Part shown: piece after piece, positions 39,856 to 49,852 of the stretch
Position numbering within the stretch: the first letter of the stretch is position 1
Layout of the letters: the number at the start of each line of letters is the position of its first letter
IMG/VR virus record: IMGVR_UViG_3300042453_003743
Coordinates: 1 to 64,000 of that record
Strand: one strand, 5' to 3'
Origin: a virus
Length of the DNA stretch: 64,000 nucleotides
The notes under the pieces: model-generated
What the model was told of the DNA's origin: nothing
The model's database searches: none
What the model saw: only the letters and a program-made list of their open reading frames with translations
Position numbers and translations under genes: made by a program

Positions 39856-41402
39856 TGTTGTTCCTGTTGTTGGTTTGCCTGCATCATTGCTGCCATTTGT
39901 TCTTGTCGTATTCTTTCTCTGTCAACTTCCATTTCTTTGTCCATTTTTTTCATTTCTTCTTCGCTTTGTCTCAATACATTTTTTCTGATGTATTCAGTTG
40001 AAAAATATTTGCCAATGTAAGGATCAACAAATGAAAGCATCTTCAATCTCTCAGCCAATATTTCAGCTTCTTTTAAATCCCAGAAGTAATTGTCAGTATT
40101 AAAAATTACTATAATTTTTGACTTTAAATCGTGCCAGTCATCATCAGTCATAACTCCCTTCAGGAGCAGCTGAACTCTTAGTGTATCTAAAAATAGCTTT
40201 GTGAATTGGTGACGAAGTCGTTCAATAAATTTATAAAATTTAATTTCTTCTCGACTTATTTCAGTGCTTCTGCCTAAATTAAATCCAGTAGAATCGGAAG
40301 TAAGTCGGCTTATTGGAACGTTGAGAGCGTTTAATAATTTTTTCTTAAAAAATTCTACGTCTTCAATTTGAGACATTGCTTGCCCACCCGGCAAGGTGCT
40401 AATTTCAGTTCCTCTTGAACCCTCTCTGCGCGGCAACCAATAGTCTTCCAAAATTGAAAGATGGTTTCTTTCATCGCGAACTTCTCCAGTTGCTTGATTG
40501 TAAACCAATTTATTGCGGAATCGGCTCATCATATCCCGCATGTATTGTTCGGCTTTTTGTTTGGGTAATTGACCCACGTCAACGTAAAATACTCTTCTTT
40601 CGGGAGCTCTAGCGACCCTATAAACAAGAAGAGCATCTTCCAACTGACGTAACATGTTTAATGGACGAATTGCTTTATGTAAATAACCCAAAACACGTTT
40701 GGTATTCAAATCAAGCAAACCGGAAGGAACATAAACAACGCTATCCAAAGATAACTGCAATCCATTTGGACCAGTCATCATGTAAGTCTCTTTATCTGTA
40801 TTTGTATACTGATAATATTCTTCTATTTCCTTGATAAGAGAAACAGACTGCCCTTCGACTCGTTCCATTTCTTTTTTGATCTTTCTAACTTTTTTAATTT
40901 TTAGAGGATCGATGGGAATTATTTCTTTAATACCGTCTGTTGGAAGATCTTTATCAATTACAATATTATAATAAATTTTTGAATCAATATACCATCTTCT
41001 AAAAATTTCATATGACTTTGAATTAAAATCCATCAAATGTAAAATATTTTCAAATTCTTTGTATATTTTTACTTTTATATTTTCAGATATTGGTAAATTT
41101 GTTAAATCTATTTTAACAGGTTTTCTGTCAATTCCAGAAACAATTGCAGCATTAACTATTTCATCGACAGCATTATCAACTTCTGGATAAACAGACATAT
41201 TTCTATATTGTATTACCGAAGAATTTTCATCTCTTAAATTTGAAGCATAGTCAAGAGCAGTTCCAAAAAACCCTCCAGCTTCTACAGTAACAGTTCCATC
41301 AAATAATTCTGGTGCGGCAAATGCTTGTAATGCTTTTTTTTGTGCATTTTCTTTTTTCTTAGATTCTGCACCAAACTGAAATCCAAAAGCTTCAATTTCC
41401 AT
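39852..41402 (-). CDS. gp20: Portal protein gp20
   Basis: 'YR.M...PEVD.AV.EIVN', 'RRWYID', 'YLHKAI', 'RAPERRVFYVDVG.LPK.KAEQY', 'EDYWLPRREG.RGTEI.TLPGGQ'. Confidence 0.99.
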   Translation of the reverse strand: MEIEAFGFQFGAESKKKENAQKKALQAFAAPELFDGTVTVEAGGFFGTALDYASNLRDENSSVIQYRNMSVYPEVDNAVDEIVNAAIVSGIDRKPVKIDLTNLPISENIKVKIYKEFENILHLMDFNSKSYEIFRRWYIDSKIYYNIVIDKDLPTDGIKEIIPIDPLKIKKVRKIKKEMERVEGQSVSLIKEIEEYYQYTNTDKETYMMTGPNGLQLSLDSVVYVPSGLLDLNTKRVLGYLHKAIRPLNMLRQLEDALLVYRVARAPERRVFYVDVGQLPKQKAEQYMRDMMSRFRNKLVYNQATGEVRDERNHLSILEDYWLPRREGSRGTEISTLPGGQAMSQIEDVEFFKKKLLNALNVPISRLTSDSTGFNLGRSTEISREEIKFYKFIERLRHQFTKLFLDTLRVQLLLKGVMTDDDWHDLKSKIIVIFNTDNYFWDLKEAEILAERLKMLSFVDPYIGKYFSTEYIRKNVLRQSEEEMKKMDKEMEVDRERIRQEQMAAMMQANQQQEQQ

Positions 41403-41416
41403 AATAAAAATATCCT

Positions 41417-41968
41417 TTAAGTTAATGGCGTCAATCGATCATCATCACCACCAGCAAACAATTCAATATAATCATACACAATGATGACGTTAAAAGTATT
41501 TAACAAATTGTTTGAAGACATGTTTAATGCCAAGGGATCAATAGATGTTGGCCAGCAGCCATGCATTCTAAATTGTTTTAGCGGCTCTCCCTGATCATTT
41601 ATGTTGAGGTGTTTTACAGTCCAGTTGTCGGCTTTGTAAGACTGGGTTGTATTTAAAATAGAAGATTTGTTGGTATTGTGTTCGTTGATTATATTTTGCC
41701 ATGTGTGAAACATTGACCACAAATTTTTTCCCTGCCCCGTATCATCCAAAATACTAAATGACCACGTAGAATATTGTTTTTCTCCGGGATAATAATATTT
41801 TCTTCCAAAATGTGAGTATTCAATCGTAGTTGAAGAGAGCTGTGGTATTTGTGTTGATCTTACGTGAAATTTAGTAAAAGCCCCCCCACCGGGTATTGTT
41901 CCTGTGATTTCAAACCTATTGGCCCTTGTTCCACCACTAAAGTTTGTTTTAAATTCATTTAAACTCAT
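41417..41968 (-). CDS. gp19: Tail tube protein gp19, copy 2
   Basis: 'F....GG.RANRF', 'P.....I....FGR....PGEK.Y..W', 'GCWP', 'F.V...YD'. Confidence 0.85.
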   Translation of the reverse strand: MSLNEFKTNFSGGTRANRFEITGTIPGGGAFTKFHVRSTQIPQLSSTTIEYSHFGRKYYYPGEKQYSTWSFSILDDTGQGKNLWSMFHTWQNIINEHNTNKSSILNTTQSYKADNWTVKHLNINDQGEPLKQFRMHGCWPTSIDPLALNMSSNNLLNTFNVIIVYDYIELFAGGDDDRLTPLT

Positions 41969-42513
41969 AATGAAGCTCCATTATTGATCCCTGAAGTTAT
42001 TTCCATATGGTCATAAGTCAAAGACACGTTAAAAGCTACAAAATTAGTTTCGCCCATGTTTAAATTTATGTCACCCACAACGTTTGGCCAACATTTAAAC
42101 AAATTAATTTGTCTTATAGGTGTTCCATTCAAATCAAGTTGTTTAATTGTCCAAGTTGTTTGAAGAGACGCATAAGCATAATCGTTGTTTAACACTTTGT
42201 GTGAATAGTGTCCATCCAAAGATTCTTTCCACTTGTTAAAGCACCTCCAAAGACTAGTTGTATCGCCGTCATCATAGACACCAACAATCCATGGTTCGTA
42301 TGTTCTATCTCCAGCATAAGTTATAGTTCTTCCTCTGTAAGGAATTCCTATAGTATTAATTTTTGCTCTTGGCAAAGAAGCGGATACAATTTTAAATTTT
42401 AAATGGTTTGCTGGTGGTGAGATGCCTGTTGGCCAAACAGCTGAAACTTCAAATCTGTTAGGACGACTACCACCATTAAATTGATTTTTAAAATTTACTA
42501 GAGAATTGCTCAT
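41965..42513 (-). CDS. gp19: Tail tube protein gp19, copy 1
   Basis: 'FK..F.GG.RPNRFEV', 'ASLP', 'IPYRGR....AGDRTYEPW', 'QLD', 'CWP'. Confidence 0.9.
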   Translation of the reverse strand: MSNSLVNFKNQFNGGSRPNRFEVSAVWPTGISPPANHLKFKIVSASLPRAKINTIGIPYRGRTITYAGDRTYEPWIVGVYDDGDTTSLWRCFNKWKESLDGHYSHKVLNNDYAYASLQTTWTIKQLDLNGTPIRQINLFKCWPNVVGDINLNMGETNFVAFNVSLTYDHMEITSGINNGASL

Positions 42514-43802
42514 TATTGTGTAAGATTAACGTCGATGGTAAAGGATTCTACGCCCAGAATTGGTTTAATGATTACTTTAATGTTTAATGTAGCAGAATAA
42601 TCAGTATTGTTTGAAGAATCGCATATAATTTGCGTAGCATCGGTTTGCAAATACGAATTATATGCTTCAAGAGTGGTTGTTATTTCTGATGTTACTGCTT
42701 GGCGAGTTGTGGCAGTGTTGACATCAAAAGAATACTTCAATCCAATATCAGTTATTTTCTTAGTCAAATCAATTTTCATTTTTGCTGGACCAATTCTATC
42801 TGAAACTGTTACTGTGGTTCCAGAAGTAGCGCCAACAAGGTCTGAACCCAAAAATCTTGGTGTGTGAACAACAAAGAAGTTTACTCTTGCATTTCTTAGA
42901 GTATTTTTAGTGGAGCTAGACCACTCAACAGCCTCATTTATAGTTCCATTGATGGCGATTGCTCTGTCCAAGCCACCAATGGTCAAAAACTGCTCACCAC
43001 GATCTTTAGCTCTTGCACAGAACCCTGCTATATCAGCAGTGGTGTTTATTCTGTATGTAAATGTACCATTTTCGTAAAGAGAACTAATATTGTAGTTTGA
43101 ATCAATTGTTGACTGGGTTTTTGTACCGTATATATTAAATATTCTCTTCCCATAATCACCAGCAAGACTTGCACCCGGAGCCAAACTTCCAAAATTTTGC
43201 ATGGTTTGTGACGCACCTGTTACTCCAGATGTTGCCTGTGTTGGGAAGATTCCTAAAGTATTTGTTTGCGTATCTAGCCATGCAGCCAAAGAAGATTCTG
43301 CATTTTTTGCAATAACAACATCAAGATATTTTCCAGTTTGATTCTGATATTCAGAAAGACCAGCAGTTTCTCCGGCCAAGATCAGCGTACCACCGTAAGC
43401 CAAATAGTTTATGCAGTGAATAAAATCTAAACCAACTACTGTTGCGCTTACTTCACTACCAATATTTGTAAAAATTGCAGAAGTTGCGCCAGTCAAAGAT
43501 GAAATCAAACAATTTGTAATTCCAGAAAGCTTATTAAGATCGTTTACCAACTCACCAGGATTTGTGTAAACAATGTATTTGTCGGTAGTAAAACCCTTTG
43601 CAGGATTAAAAAAGTTAGTATTTCCTCTTGAATAAATGAGCCAACCAAAAAGACCACCGGGATCCAAAATTACTCCACCGGTGCTACTACCAAAAGAAAC
43701 TCCCTTGAACGTGGAGCCAGCTAGAATACCAGCTAAAAACTCTGTTCCAATTGTTTGTTTTGTATAATGACTTGGATTTATAAAGGAACTTAGTGATGCC
43801 AT
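42513..43802 (-). CDS. gp18: Divergent, short tail sheath protein gp18, 429 aa
   Basis: Between gp17 and gp19; C-terminal 'DIAG.CAR', 'L...RVN', 'DRI', 'IICD.SNN', 'I.IKP'. Confidence 0.75.
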   Translation of the reverse strand: MASLSSFINPSHYTKQTIGTEFLAGILAGSTFKGVSFGSSTGGVILDPGGLFGWLIYSRGNTNFFNPAKGFTTDKYIVYTNPGELVNDLNKLSGITNCLISSLTGATSAIFTNIGSEVSATVVGLDFIHCINYLAYGGTLILAGETAGLSEYQNQTGKYLDVVIAKNAESSLAAWLDTQTNTLGIFPTQATSGVTGASQTMQNFGSLAPGASLAGDYGKRIFNIYGTKTQSTIDSNYNISSLYENGTFTYRINTTADIAGFCARAKDRGEQFLTIGGLDRAIAINGTINEAVEWSSSTKNTLRNARVNFFVVHTPRFLGSDLVGATSGTTVTVSDRIGPAKMKIDLTKKITDIGLKYSFDVNTATTRQAVTSEITTTLEAYNSYLQTDATQIICDSSNNTDYSATLNIKVIIKPILGVESFTIDVNLTQ

Positions 43803-43824
43803 CGATTATGCCTTTTCTATGTAA

Positions 43825-43832
43825 TATTTAGA
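43825..43832 (-). promoter_or_regulatory. Late promoter TCTAAATA
   Basis: Upstream of gp18 with AAGG SD. Confidence 0.65.
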
Positions 43833-43835
43833 AAA

Positions 43836-45491
43836 TTAAGTAGGACGCCACACAACACCATCGCTAACAAAATCTTGATCATCATCAAAATTTTCATTAT
43901 TTAACATAAACAATGTGTTATCATCTTCTGGTTTTTTTGCTTCTTCGTAATTAAATTTAGCATTTTCAATTAAATCTGCATAATACTCTTGCCTGCAGAG
44001 CCAAGCAAAAAAGACAAGAGTCATAACCAAATCATCATTGTGGCCTTCGTCGGCCTTATACGTATTTGATTTTGAAACAAATGTCATCAATTCCTGAATA
44101 ATTCTTTCATCGTTTACTAAAATTTTATCTTCTTCGATGAGTCTTTTTAAAATGGCACATCCCAATTTTTTGGTTTGAGCTGTAGTTCTTATACCCATTT
44201 CACTTTTGCCGCTAGCAAAACCCTGAGATAAAATTTGTCCTTTTCTGCCCATAATTTTTGTCATCAACACGTTTTCATATTCCAAATCATTATAAAGTAT
44301 AGAAGAAACTTGACCGCCTATGTCATTTGTTTCAACCAATATGTAAGCATTATTATATTTTTCTCCAACTTTTTTTAGTACTGTTGGAAAGTTGAATGGA
44401 CTTATAGTATTATTTTTATATGTGCATACTACTTTATATGGAGCAGCAGTCCCATCGATAACAGTGAAGGCAGAATAATCAGACCCCTGACCTCTCGACA
44501 CATCTGCCATTATAAAATAAATTTTATTTTTATCTGGCTGTTCAAAAACTCTTAATCCTTCTTTGTCCTCTTCTAAAAATTCTTCCGATGCAAGAACACT
44601 GAGTTTGCTTGAAGATATTAAAGTATTTGATGATCCCAAAAAATTGCAACCATACTCTTGTTCAAATTGGTCTGGGCTGGTGTTTGCAATCTGTTCTTCT
44701 GCCCAAATGTCATCTCTTAATTTTGGTGCTCCTGGACTTATTGGCGTTTCTCTCCAGCTGACTTCAACTGGTATAAATTTATTTTTTAACTTGTGGCCAT
44801 CCGGTCTTTTTGCATCAACCCAAAGTTTATGAAAATGATTCATACCATTTGGAGTTGATACGATGATCAATTTTGTAGTAGTACCAGCAGATATTGTTGG
44901 ATAGGTTGATGTATAAAATTCTTCGGCCAAGTGGCTTGCCAAGAAGGCATACTCGTCAAGGAGCAGTAAGTTGTAAGAACCTCCACGAATGGCTGTTGAG
45001 GACGTTGCATCACACATGACTCTAGAGCCGTTTTCTAGCTTAAAGCTCGTCTTATTCCATTCTACAACTCCCTGTTGTAAAAAATGGGGTAGGTTCTCAT
45101 ATGCTAATTGTAATTTTGAAAAAAGCTCTTCTTTTGCAGTTTTTAATCTGTTTGCTAAAATTGCAACATTTACACTTTGATTAAATGTTATGTAATGGCA
45201 TATGTAACTGGTTACGCATGTTGATTTTCCACATTGACGTGGCCATTTAGAAATTACAAATCTGTTTTGATCTATTGCGTTTATAAATTTTTTTTGATAT
45301 GGATATAAATCAAACGGAACTATTCCTCGATCCAATGTTTTTACTTTTACATACTTTTCACAAAAATAAACAGGGTCTTTTGCACATTTTATATATTCTT
45401 CTAGTTGCTCTTTTGTATATTGTAATTCGACTCCTGGTAATTTTAAATTTGGGTTATTTCGATAACCCTGTATTTCATTCCCTTTTTTCAT
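43836..45491 (-). CDS. gp17: Terminase large subunit gp17
   Basis: 'Y.NNPNLK', 'KC..DP.YF', 'PRQCGKST', 'AIRGGS', 'LDEYAF', 'STPNGMNHF', 'DVSRGQG.DYS', 'HNDDLVM'. Confidence 0.99.
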   Translation of the reverse strand: MKKGNEIQGYRNNPNLKLPGVELQYTKEQLEEYIKCAKDPVYFCEKYVKVKTLDRGIVPFDLYPYQKKFINAIDQNRFVISKWPRQCGKSTCVTSYICHYITFNQSVNVAILANRLKTAKEELFSKLQLAYENLPHFLQQGVVEWNKTSFKLENGSRVMCDATSSTAIRGGSYNLLLLDEYAFLASHLAEEFYTSTYPTISAGTTTKLIIVSTPNGMNHFHKLWVDAKRPDGHKLKNKFIPVEVSWRETPISPGAPKLRDDIWAEEQIANTSPDQFEQEYGCNFLGSSNTLISSSKLSVLASEEFLEEDKEGLRVFEQPDKNKIYFIMADVSRGQGSDYSAFTVIDGTAAPYKVVCTYKNNTISPFNFPTVLKKVGEKYNNAYILVETNDIGGQVSSILYNDLEYENVLMTKIMGRKGQILSQGFASGKSEMGIRTTAQTKKLGCAILKRLIEEDKILVNDERIIQELMTFVSKSNTYKADEGHNDDLVMTLVFFAWLCRQEYYADLIENAKFNYEEAKKPEDDNTLFMLNNENFDDDQDFVSDGVVWRPT

Positions 45492-45924
45492 CTTGGATCA
45501 CCTCAGCATCAACAACATCTTTATTGGTGCTTCTTTCTTTGTTCAACAAGTTTTGAAGATCTTTTGTCGAACCAACAAAAACTGAATTGTTTGTTTGTTT
45601 TATTTCTACTTTTGAACTAGTAGTATCTTTTGCTTTTTTATGTACATCTAAAACATTATTATTTAAATCTGCCATCGTTTTGAGTAATATGGCAACCACC
45701 TCAAATGCCCTTGGGCTATCGGATTCGGTTGCAACTTTTAGTGCACTTTCAAGAGCAACACTACCCGTTCCAATTAAATTTTTTAAATTTTCTTGAACCA
45801 ATTTATAATCTTTATCAAAATTTCCAGAATCAAATGTGCCACCCTGTATGGGTTTTTCTGAGGCTGGTAGTTTTGTTTCTGGTATAGAAAAAAATTGTGC
45901 TAAATTTTTATTAATATGCATCAC
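45475..45924 (-). CDS. gp16: Terminase small subunit gp16
   Basis: 'DY....NL..LI..G', 'A.ESDSPRAFEV', 'NN.VFVGST.DLQ'. Confidence 0.93.
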   Translation of the reverse strand: MMHINKNLAQFFSIPETKLPASEKPIQGGTFDSGNFDKDYKLVQENLKNLIGTGSVALESALKVATESDSPRAFEVVAILLKTMADLNNNVLDVHKKAKDTTSSKVEIKQTNNSVFVGSTKDLQNLLNKERSTNKDVVDAEVIQDEKRE

Positions 45925-46606
45925 TTATTCCAAAAGAATTACCATCTCCGCCAAGCCCTTCTATATTTGCTGCCATGCTTCCCAAAGTTGTTGTCGGAAC
46001 TGTTTTTCCAAAAATATATGCTTTTGCAACAAAACTAAAAGAGGAGATATTTATTCTTCTTGTAGAAAAATCACCATCAAATCTTTCACTTAAATTATTT
46101 GGACCCATGACAATAGGAACAATAACATCTTTATTTACATCGCTATAATCTAGTTTTATAATATGATCAGGTACAAAGTATGGCATTATTTGTTCTACAA
46201 TTTGCATTGTATCGTCAGTGTGCCGAGTATATATGTATAAATTAAAATTTAAGTTTACGGGTATTTCGTTTGCTATTGAATAACCGCTTGGCTGGCAATT
46301 TCCAGCTGGACCTGTAGTTGGACTATACTGCGTAAGTCTTCCTTTTTTTCTTGAGGGGTCTGGAACGATTCCACTCATTATATAACTCATTCTGGGCAGC
46401 TGATTCTCTATTCTTGTTCCTTCGCTTATAGAAGACGGGTTTAAATATCTTTGTATAAATTTTTCTTGAGATGCATAAGCAAGTGGAACCTTTATTTCTT
46501 TAAAAGATCCATCACTTTCTGAGTGTCTTACACTAATATTATTAAATAGAGTTCCAAAAGCAACTACTATTTTTTTTAAATTTTGGTTATATATGTAACT
46601 AAACAT
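45911..46606 (-). CDS. gp15: Tail sheath stabiliser/completion protein gp15
   Basis: 'VVAFGTLFNNI', 'VPLAYA..EKF', 'LPRMS', 'QIVEQI.PYF.P'. Confidence 0.95.
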   Translation of the reverse strand: MFSYIYNQNLKKIVVAFGTLFNNISVRHSESDGSFKEIKVPLAYASQEKFIQRYLNPSSISEGTRIENQLPRMSYIMSGIVPDPSRKKGRLTQYSPTTGPAGNCQPSGYSIANEIPVNLNFNLYIYTRHTDDTMQIVEQIMPYFVPDHIIKLDYSDVNKDVIVPIVMGPNNLSERFDGDFSTRRINISSFSFVAKAYIFGKTVPTTTLGSMAANIEGLGGDGNSFGISDAY

Positions 46607-46618
46607 TTATTTTTCCGT

Positions 46619-49600
46619 TTAATCGAAAGGATTATTGATATCAAAGTTTATTTCTTCTGCTTTTTGATCTAGCACATCATTTATACCAGCAGTAGTTCCT
46701 AAAATATTATTTTTAGGGATAATATAATTTTTAATACCATAATATTGTATATCAGAATCATTTGTGCTGGATATAATATACGCCGAAGCTCCTGTATAAC
46801 TAAAACTTCCAGTTATTCCTGTAATTTTGATAACATTATTGTTTACTTGCTCTATAATACCTTCAGCCAATGTGATTTGATTATCGACTATAAGTGATCT
46901 TTGTGTTATTCCTTGAGCGTAAAAAGGAGTATTATTTGGTAGCTGTGAAGTAATACCTGGGAAAGGATTTAAAGTTACACCATCAAAATAAATTGTTGGT
47001 ATTCTTATTGGTGGTTCGTTCGGTATTTTTTGTGGGGTTAAAGACGGCAGAGCTTCACTTATTGGTGTTGATCTTACATCTATATCAATTTTTACAATAA
47101 GCTCTTCTTTTGGAACACCCTTGGATTCCATAAAATTATTTAAAAATGCCACTGCCTCATCTGGCATTTCTATGAACGAATGATATCCGTTAGAGAATAT
47201 ATGATTGGTGAATGTAGTCCACGGTGGAGCAAGCATAATTGTTGGCTGGTGTGTTACACCAGATATCACATTATAGTAAGCGGTATGCCCCAAACCCTGA
47301 ATAAAAAATGGACTTCCGCTATCTCCGACAAAAGCCTCATATCCGCATTGATGTGGTTCTATGTCGCTTCTTGCTGGCATTACTGTCTCTAACAGGTAGT
47401 ATGTTATTCCAGAAGTAATGCCCGTTATAGGTTCAGCATTACCGGCAAAGAAATATTCATCATTTGTTTCTTTAACTTTTAATGATCTGGTAGATACAAG
47501 CCTTTCCTGTCCGTCTATTCCCCACACTCTTCTTCCTATATGTTTTTGATAATTTACAGTACCATAATTTTCTGAAACTAATGGATAAAAATTTTTGTAA
47601 ACAGCTACGGGAAAATCAATTGTTTTTCTTCCAGTAAAATTTTTAAATTTTGCCCATTTATTATAAATTGCTATTTTTGATAATTCGTCATTTTTTAAGG
47701 GCTGATCTAATTCATATAGGTACAAATCATACGGGTGATAAGGCAAACCAAAAATATCTGGAGGAAGTGGAATCAACCCAGCTTCGCTGTTTACTTGTGT
47801 CAAATCTCTGCTTATAATAGAATTATCATGCAGCATCCATTTTACATTATTAACTTGTAAGTTAGGTCCTGCATAATGAGCACAGGCCAGAGCAAATTTT
47901 CTATTAATTAATATAAAACACCAATACCCAGAGTTGTGTGTATTGACATCTACTCTGTAGGGATCTATTATATTCGCCCCATACGAAAGTGGGAATGCGT
48001 CATAAAAAGGCAAGTAATCCGCACCCAATCGCCGTGGCCGCATAGAACAACCACTAAAATCAATTTTATTATAACTGTCGTGAACTAAAAGATTATTTAG
48101 GGGATCTCTGTATTCTAACCAAGTGGTATCATTTTTTGCAATTGGCCATATTTCTGTATAATATGGCCTGGGTTCTAATGCAGAAGATTTATATTTAAAT
48201 CTATCATGTAGTTTTTCTGTATATCCACTTTCAAAAGTAAGTCTTGCAGGGGAAGGAACTGATTTTGGTTGTGATTCGTATTTATCAAATGTGTTTAAAT
48301 GTTTTTTTGCTATTGCTACCGCTTCCCGGGTTTTGGGGATGCTAAAGCCTGGACCGGCAACATCATCCCATCCAAGATTATTAAAATTGTACAAAGCTAT
48401 TGTAGAATTTTTACCACAAATAATTTTTTTTACATTTTCTCCGTATGTTACTGGATATGCATACCAGTGTGAATGCCAAGTTCCTTGCTCTCTGGTTAAT
48501 GAATACTGATTATCTGAAATAGTTCTCCATAAGGTTCCGCCTTTTTCTGGTGGAGATACAGGAGTATCTAATTGATTATATGTGTTTCCACCCCAACAAA
48601 TTACATTCTTGTTTTTAGTCAACAATACAGTGTGGTCCATACCACCAGATATTTGAAACCCCCCCGTACCAACTGTCTCGGGCACAGTGCACTGACCAGA
48701 TGCAGTCAAGCCCCAGCAGACAACAGTTCCATCCGTTTTTACTGCCATGCTATGGTAATACCCGCTACCTATACTAGCTACACCACTAAGTCCAGCCGGA
48801 ACAGAACATTGTGAATGTGTGTTTCCACCCCAACAAACAACGGTTCCATTTTCCTTGAGAGCAACAGTGTGGTCTAAACCACATGCCAGTTGTATAACTT
48901 TACTTTCCAAAGCCATTCCGTTTTCTTCAGCACTGTCTAAATCCAATCCCGCTGGAATGTTAATTCTTCCATTTGCAGTGGAACCCCACGCAATTATTCT
49001 TCCATTTTCAAATAAGGCGATTGAGTGACTTGCTCCAGCAACAATTTGTTTTAAATTTCCAGTGTAAAGTGCACCAACTGGTACATTGCATTGTCCCGAT
49101 TCATTGGCACCCCAAGCGTACAGTGTATACCCGTAACCCATTAAAAAATGGTTTTTTCCTGCGGCTATTAAATTATATTTTTCTTCGCTTGTTATTAATG
49201 GCAAACCACCAGTTCCGCCACTTGTTTCTAAACATATATTTGGATCCATTGCCCACGTATATTGTCTGAACACACCCTGTGATATTGGTGTATACAATTG
49301 CTCGACTGAAAAACTGGATCCAAAACTATTATAAAGCGTGTAATATTTTGAAACAAATTCGGGGATAGGTGCCCCGCCAGTCATTCCTTCTTTGTTTACA
49401 AATACAATCGCCGCACATCTACCAGTTTTTATACAGGAACTTTGGTTCAATTCAGTAGTACACAATGGTTCGTTATACTGATCGACAAAGCCAGTAACAT
49501 AAGCCCATTCAAAAATTTGAGGCGAACCGCCTCCTCCCGTCGAATCAAAAGAATCTATATTTCTTATACCTATCCCAAAACCACTATTTTCGCCCATTAC

Positions 49601-49849
49601 AAAAGATTTTATGTCAAGTTGTTCATAGCGTGGAAAAATTGCTGGCTCTAAAGAGGTATTTGTAAAATTGACACCCAACACGTTTACAGAACCTTGGGGA
49701 TTATTAATTTCTTCTAGCACATAGTGATTTCCAAAAGAAAAATCTTTTGTTGCATTATTTTTTCCAAAATCACCCCAAGCCATGAATGTTGTAAATTCAT
49801 TACCCGGGTATCCACCAGTTATACCATAATTTCTATAAAATACTGCCAT
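46619..49849 (-). CDS. RCC1-repeat plus trypsin-like serine protease protein with gp14-like C-terminus, 1076 aa
   Basis: Several RCC1 repeats ('I..G..H..AL...G.V.CWG.N..QC.VP'); His 'ALACAHY', Asp 'YDLYLYEL', Ser 'GDSGSP'; ends 'INFDINNPFD'. Confidence 0.75.
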   Translation of the reverse strand: MAVFYRNYGITGGYPGNEFTTFMAWGDFGKNNATKDFSFGNHYVLEEINNPQGSVNVLGVNFTNTSLEPAIFPRYEQLDIKSFVMGENSGFGIGIRNIDSFDSTGGGGSPQIFEWAYVTGFVDQYNEPLCTTELNQSSCIKTGRCAAIVFVNKEGMTGGAPIPEFVSKYYTLYNSFGSSFSVEQLYTPISQGVFRQYTWAMDPNICLETSGGTGGLPLITSEEKYNLIAAGKNHFLMGYGYTLYAWGANESGQCNVPVGALYTGNLKQIVAGASHSIALFENGRIIAWGSTANGRINIPAGLDLDSAEENGMALESKVIQLACGLDHTVALKENGTVVCWGGNTHSQCSVPAGLSGVASIGSGYYHSMAVKTDGTVVCWGLTASGQCTVPETVGTGGFQISGGMDHTVLLTKNKNVICWGGNTYNQLDTPVSPPEKGGTLWRTISDNQYSLTREQGTWHSHWYAYPVTYGENVKKIICGKNSTIALYNFNNLGWDDVAGPGFSIPKTREAVAIAKKHLNTFDKYESQPKSVPSPARLTFESGYTEKLHDRFKYKSSALEPRPYYTEIWPIAKNDTTWLEYRDPLNNLLVHDSYNKIDFSGCSMRPRRLGADYLPFYDAFPLSYGANIIDPYRVDVNTHNSGYWCFILINRKFALACAHYAGPNLQVNNVKWMLHDNSIISRDLTQVNSEAGLIPLPPDIFGLPYHPYDLYLYELDQPLKNDELSKIAIYNKWAKFKNFTGRKTIDFPVAVYKNFYPLVSENYGTVNYQKHIGRRVWGIDGQERLVSTRSLKVKETNDEYFFAGNAEPITGITSGITYYLLETVMPARSDIEPHQCGYEAFVGDSGSPFFIQGLGHTAYYNVISGVTHQPTIMLAPPWTTFTNHIFSNGYHSFIEMPDEAVAFLNNFMESKGVPKEELIVKIDIDVRSTPISEALPSLTPQKIPNEPPIRIPTIYFDGVTLNPFPGITSQLPNNTPFYAQGITQRSLIVDNQITLAEGIIEQVNNNVIKITGITGSFSYTGASAYIISSTNDSDIQYYGIKNYIIPKNNILGTTAGINDVLDQKAEEINFDINNPFD

Positions 49850-49852
49850 TCG

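Noticed and set aside
32709-45491. Introns, inteins or homing endonucleases in uvsW, gp17, gp20 and gp23
   Set aside because: Lengths are normal and no intein or endonuclease motifs were seen
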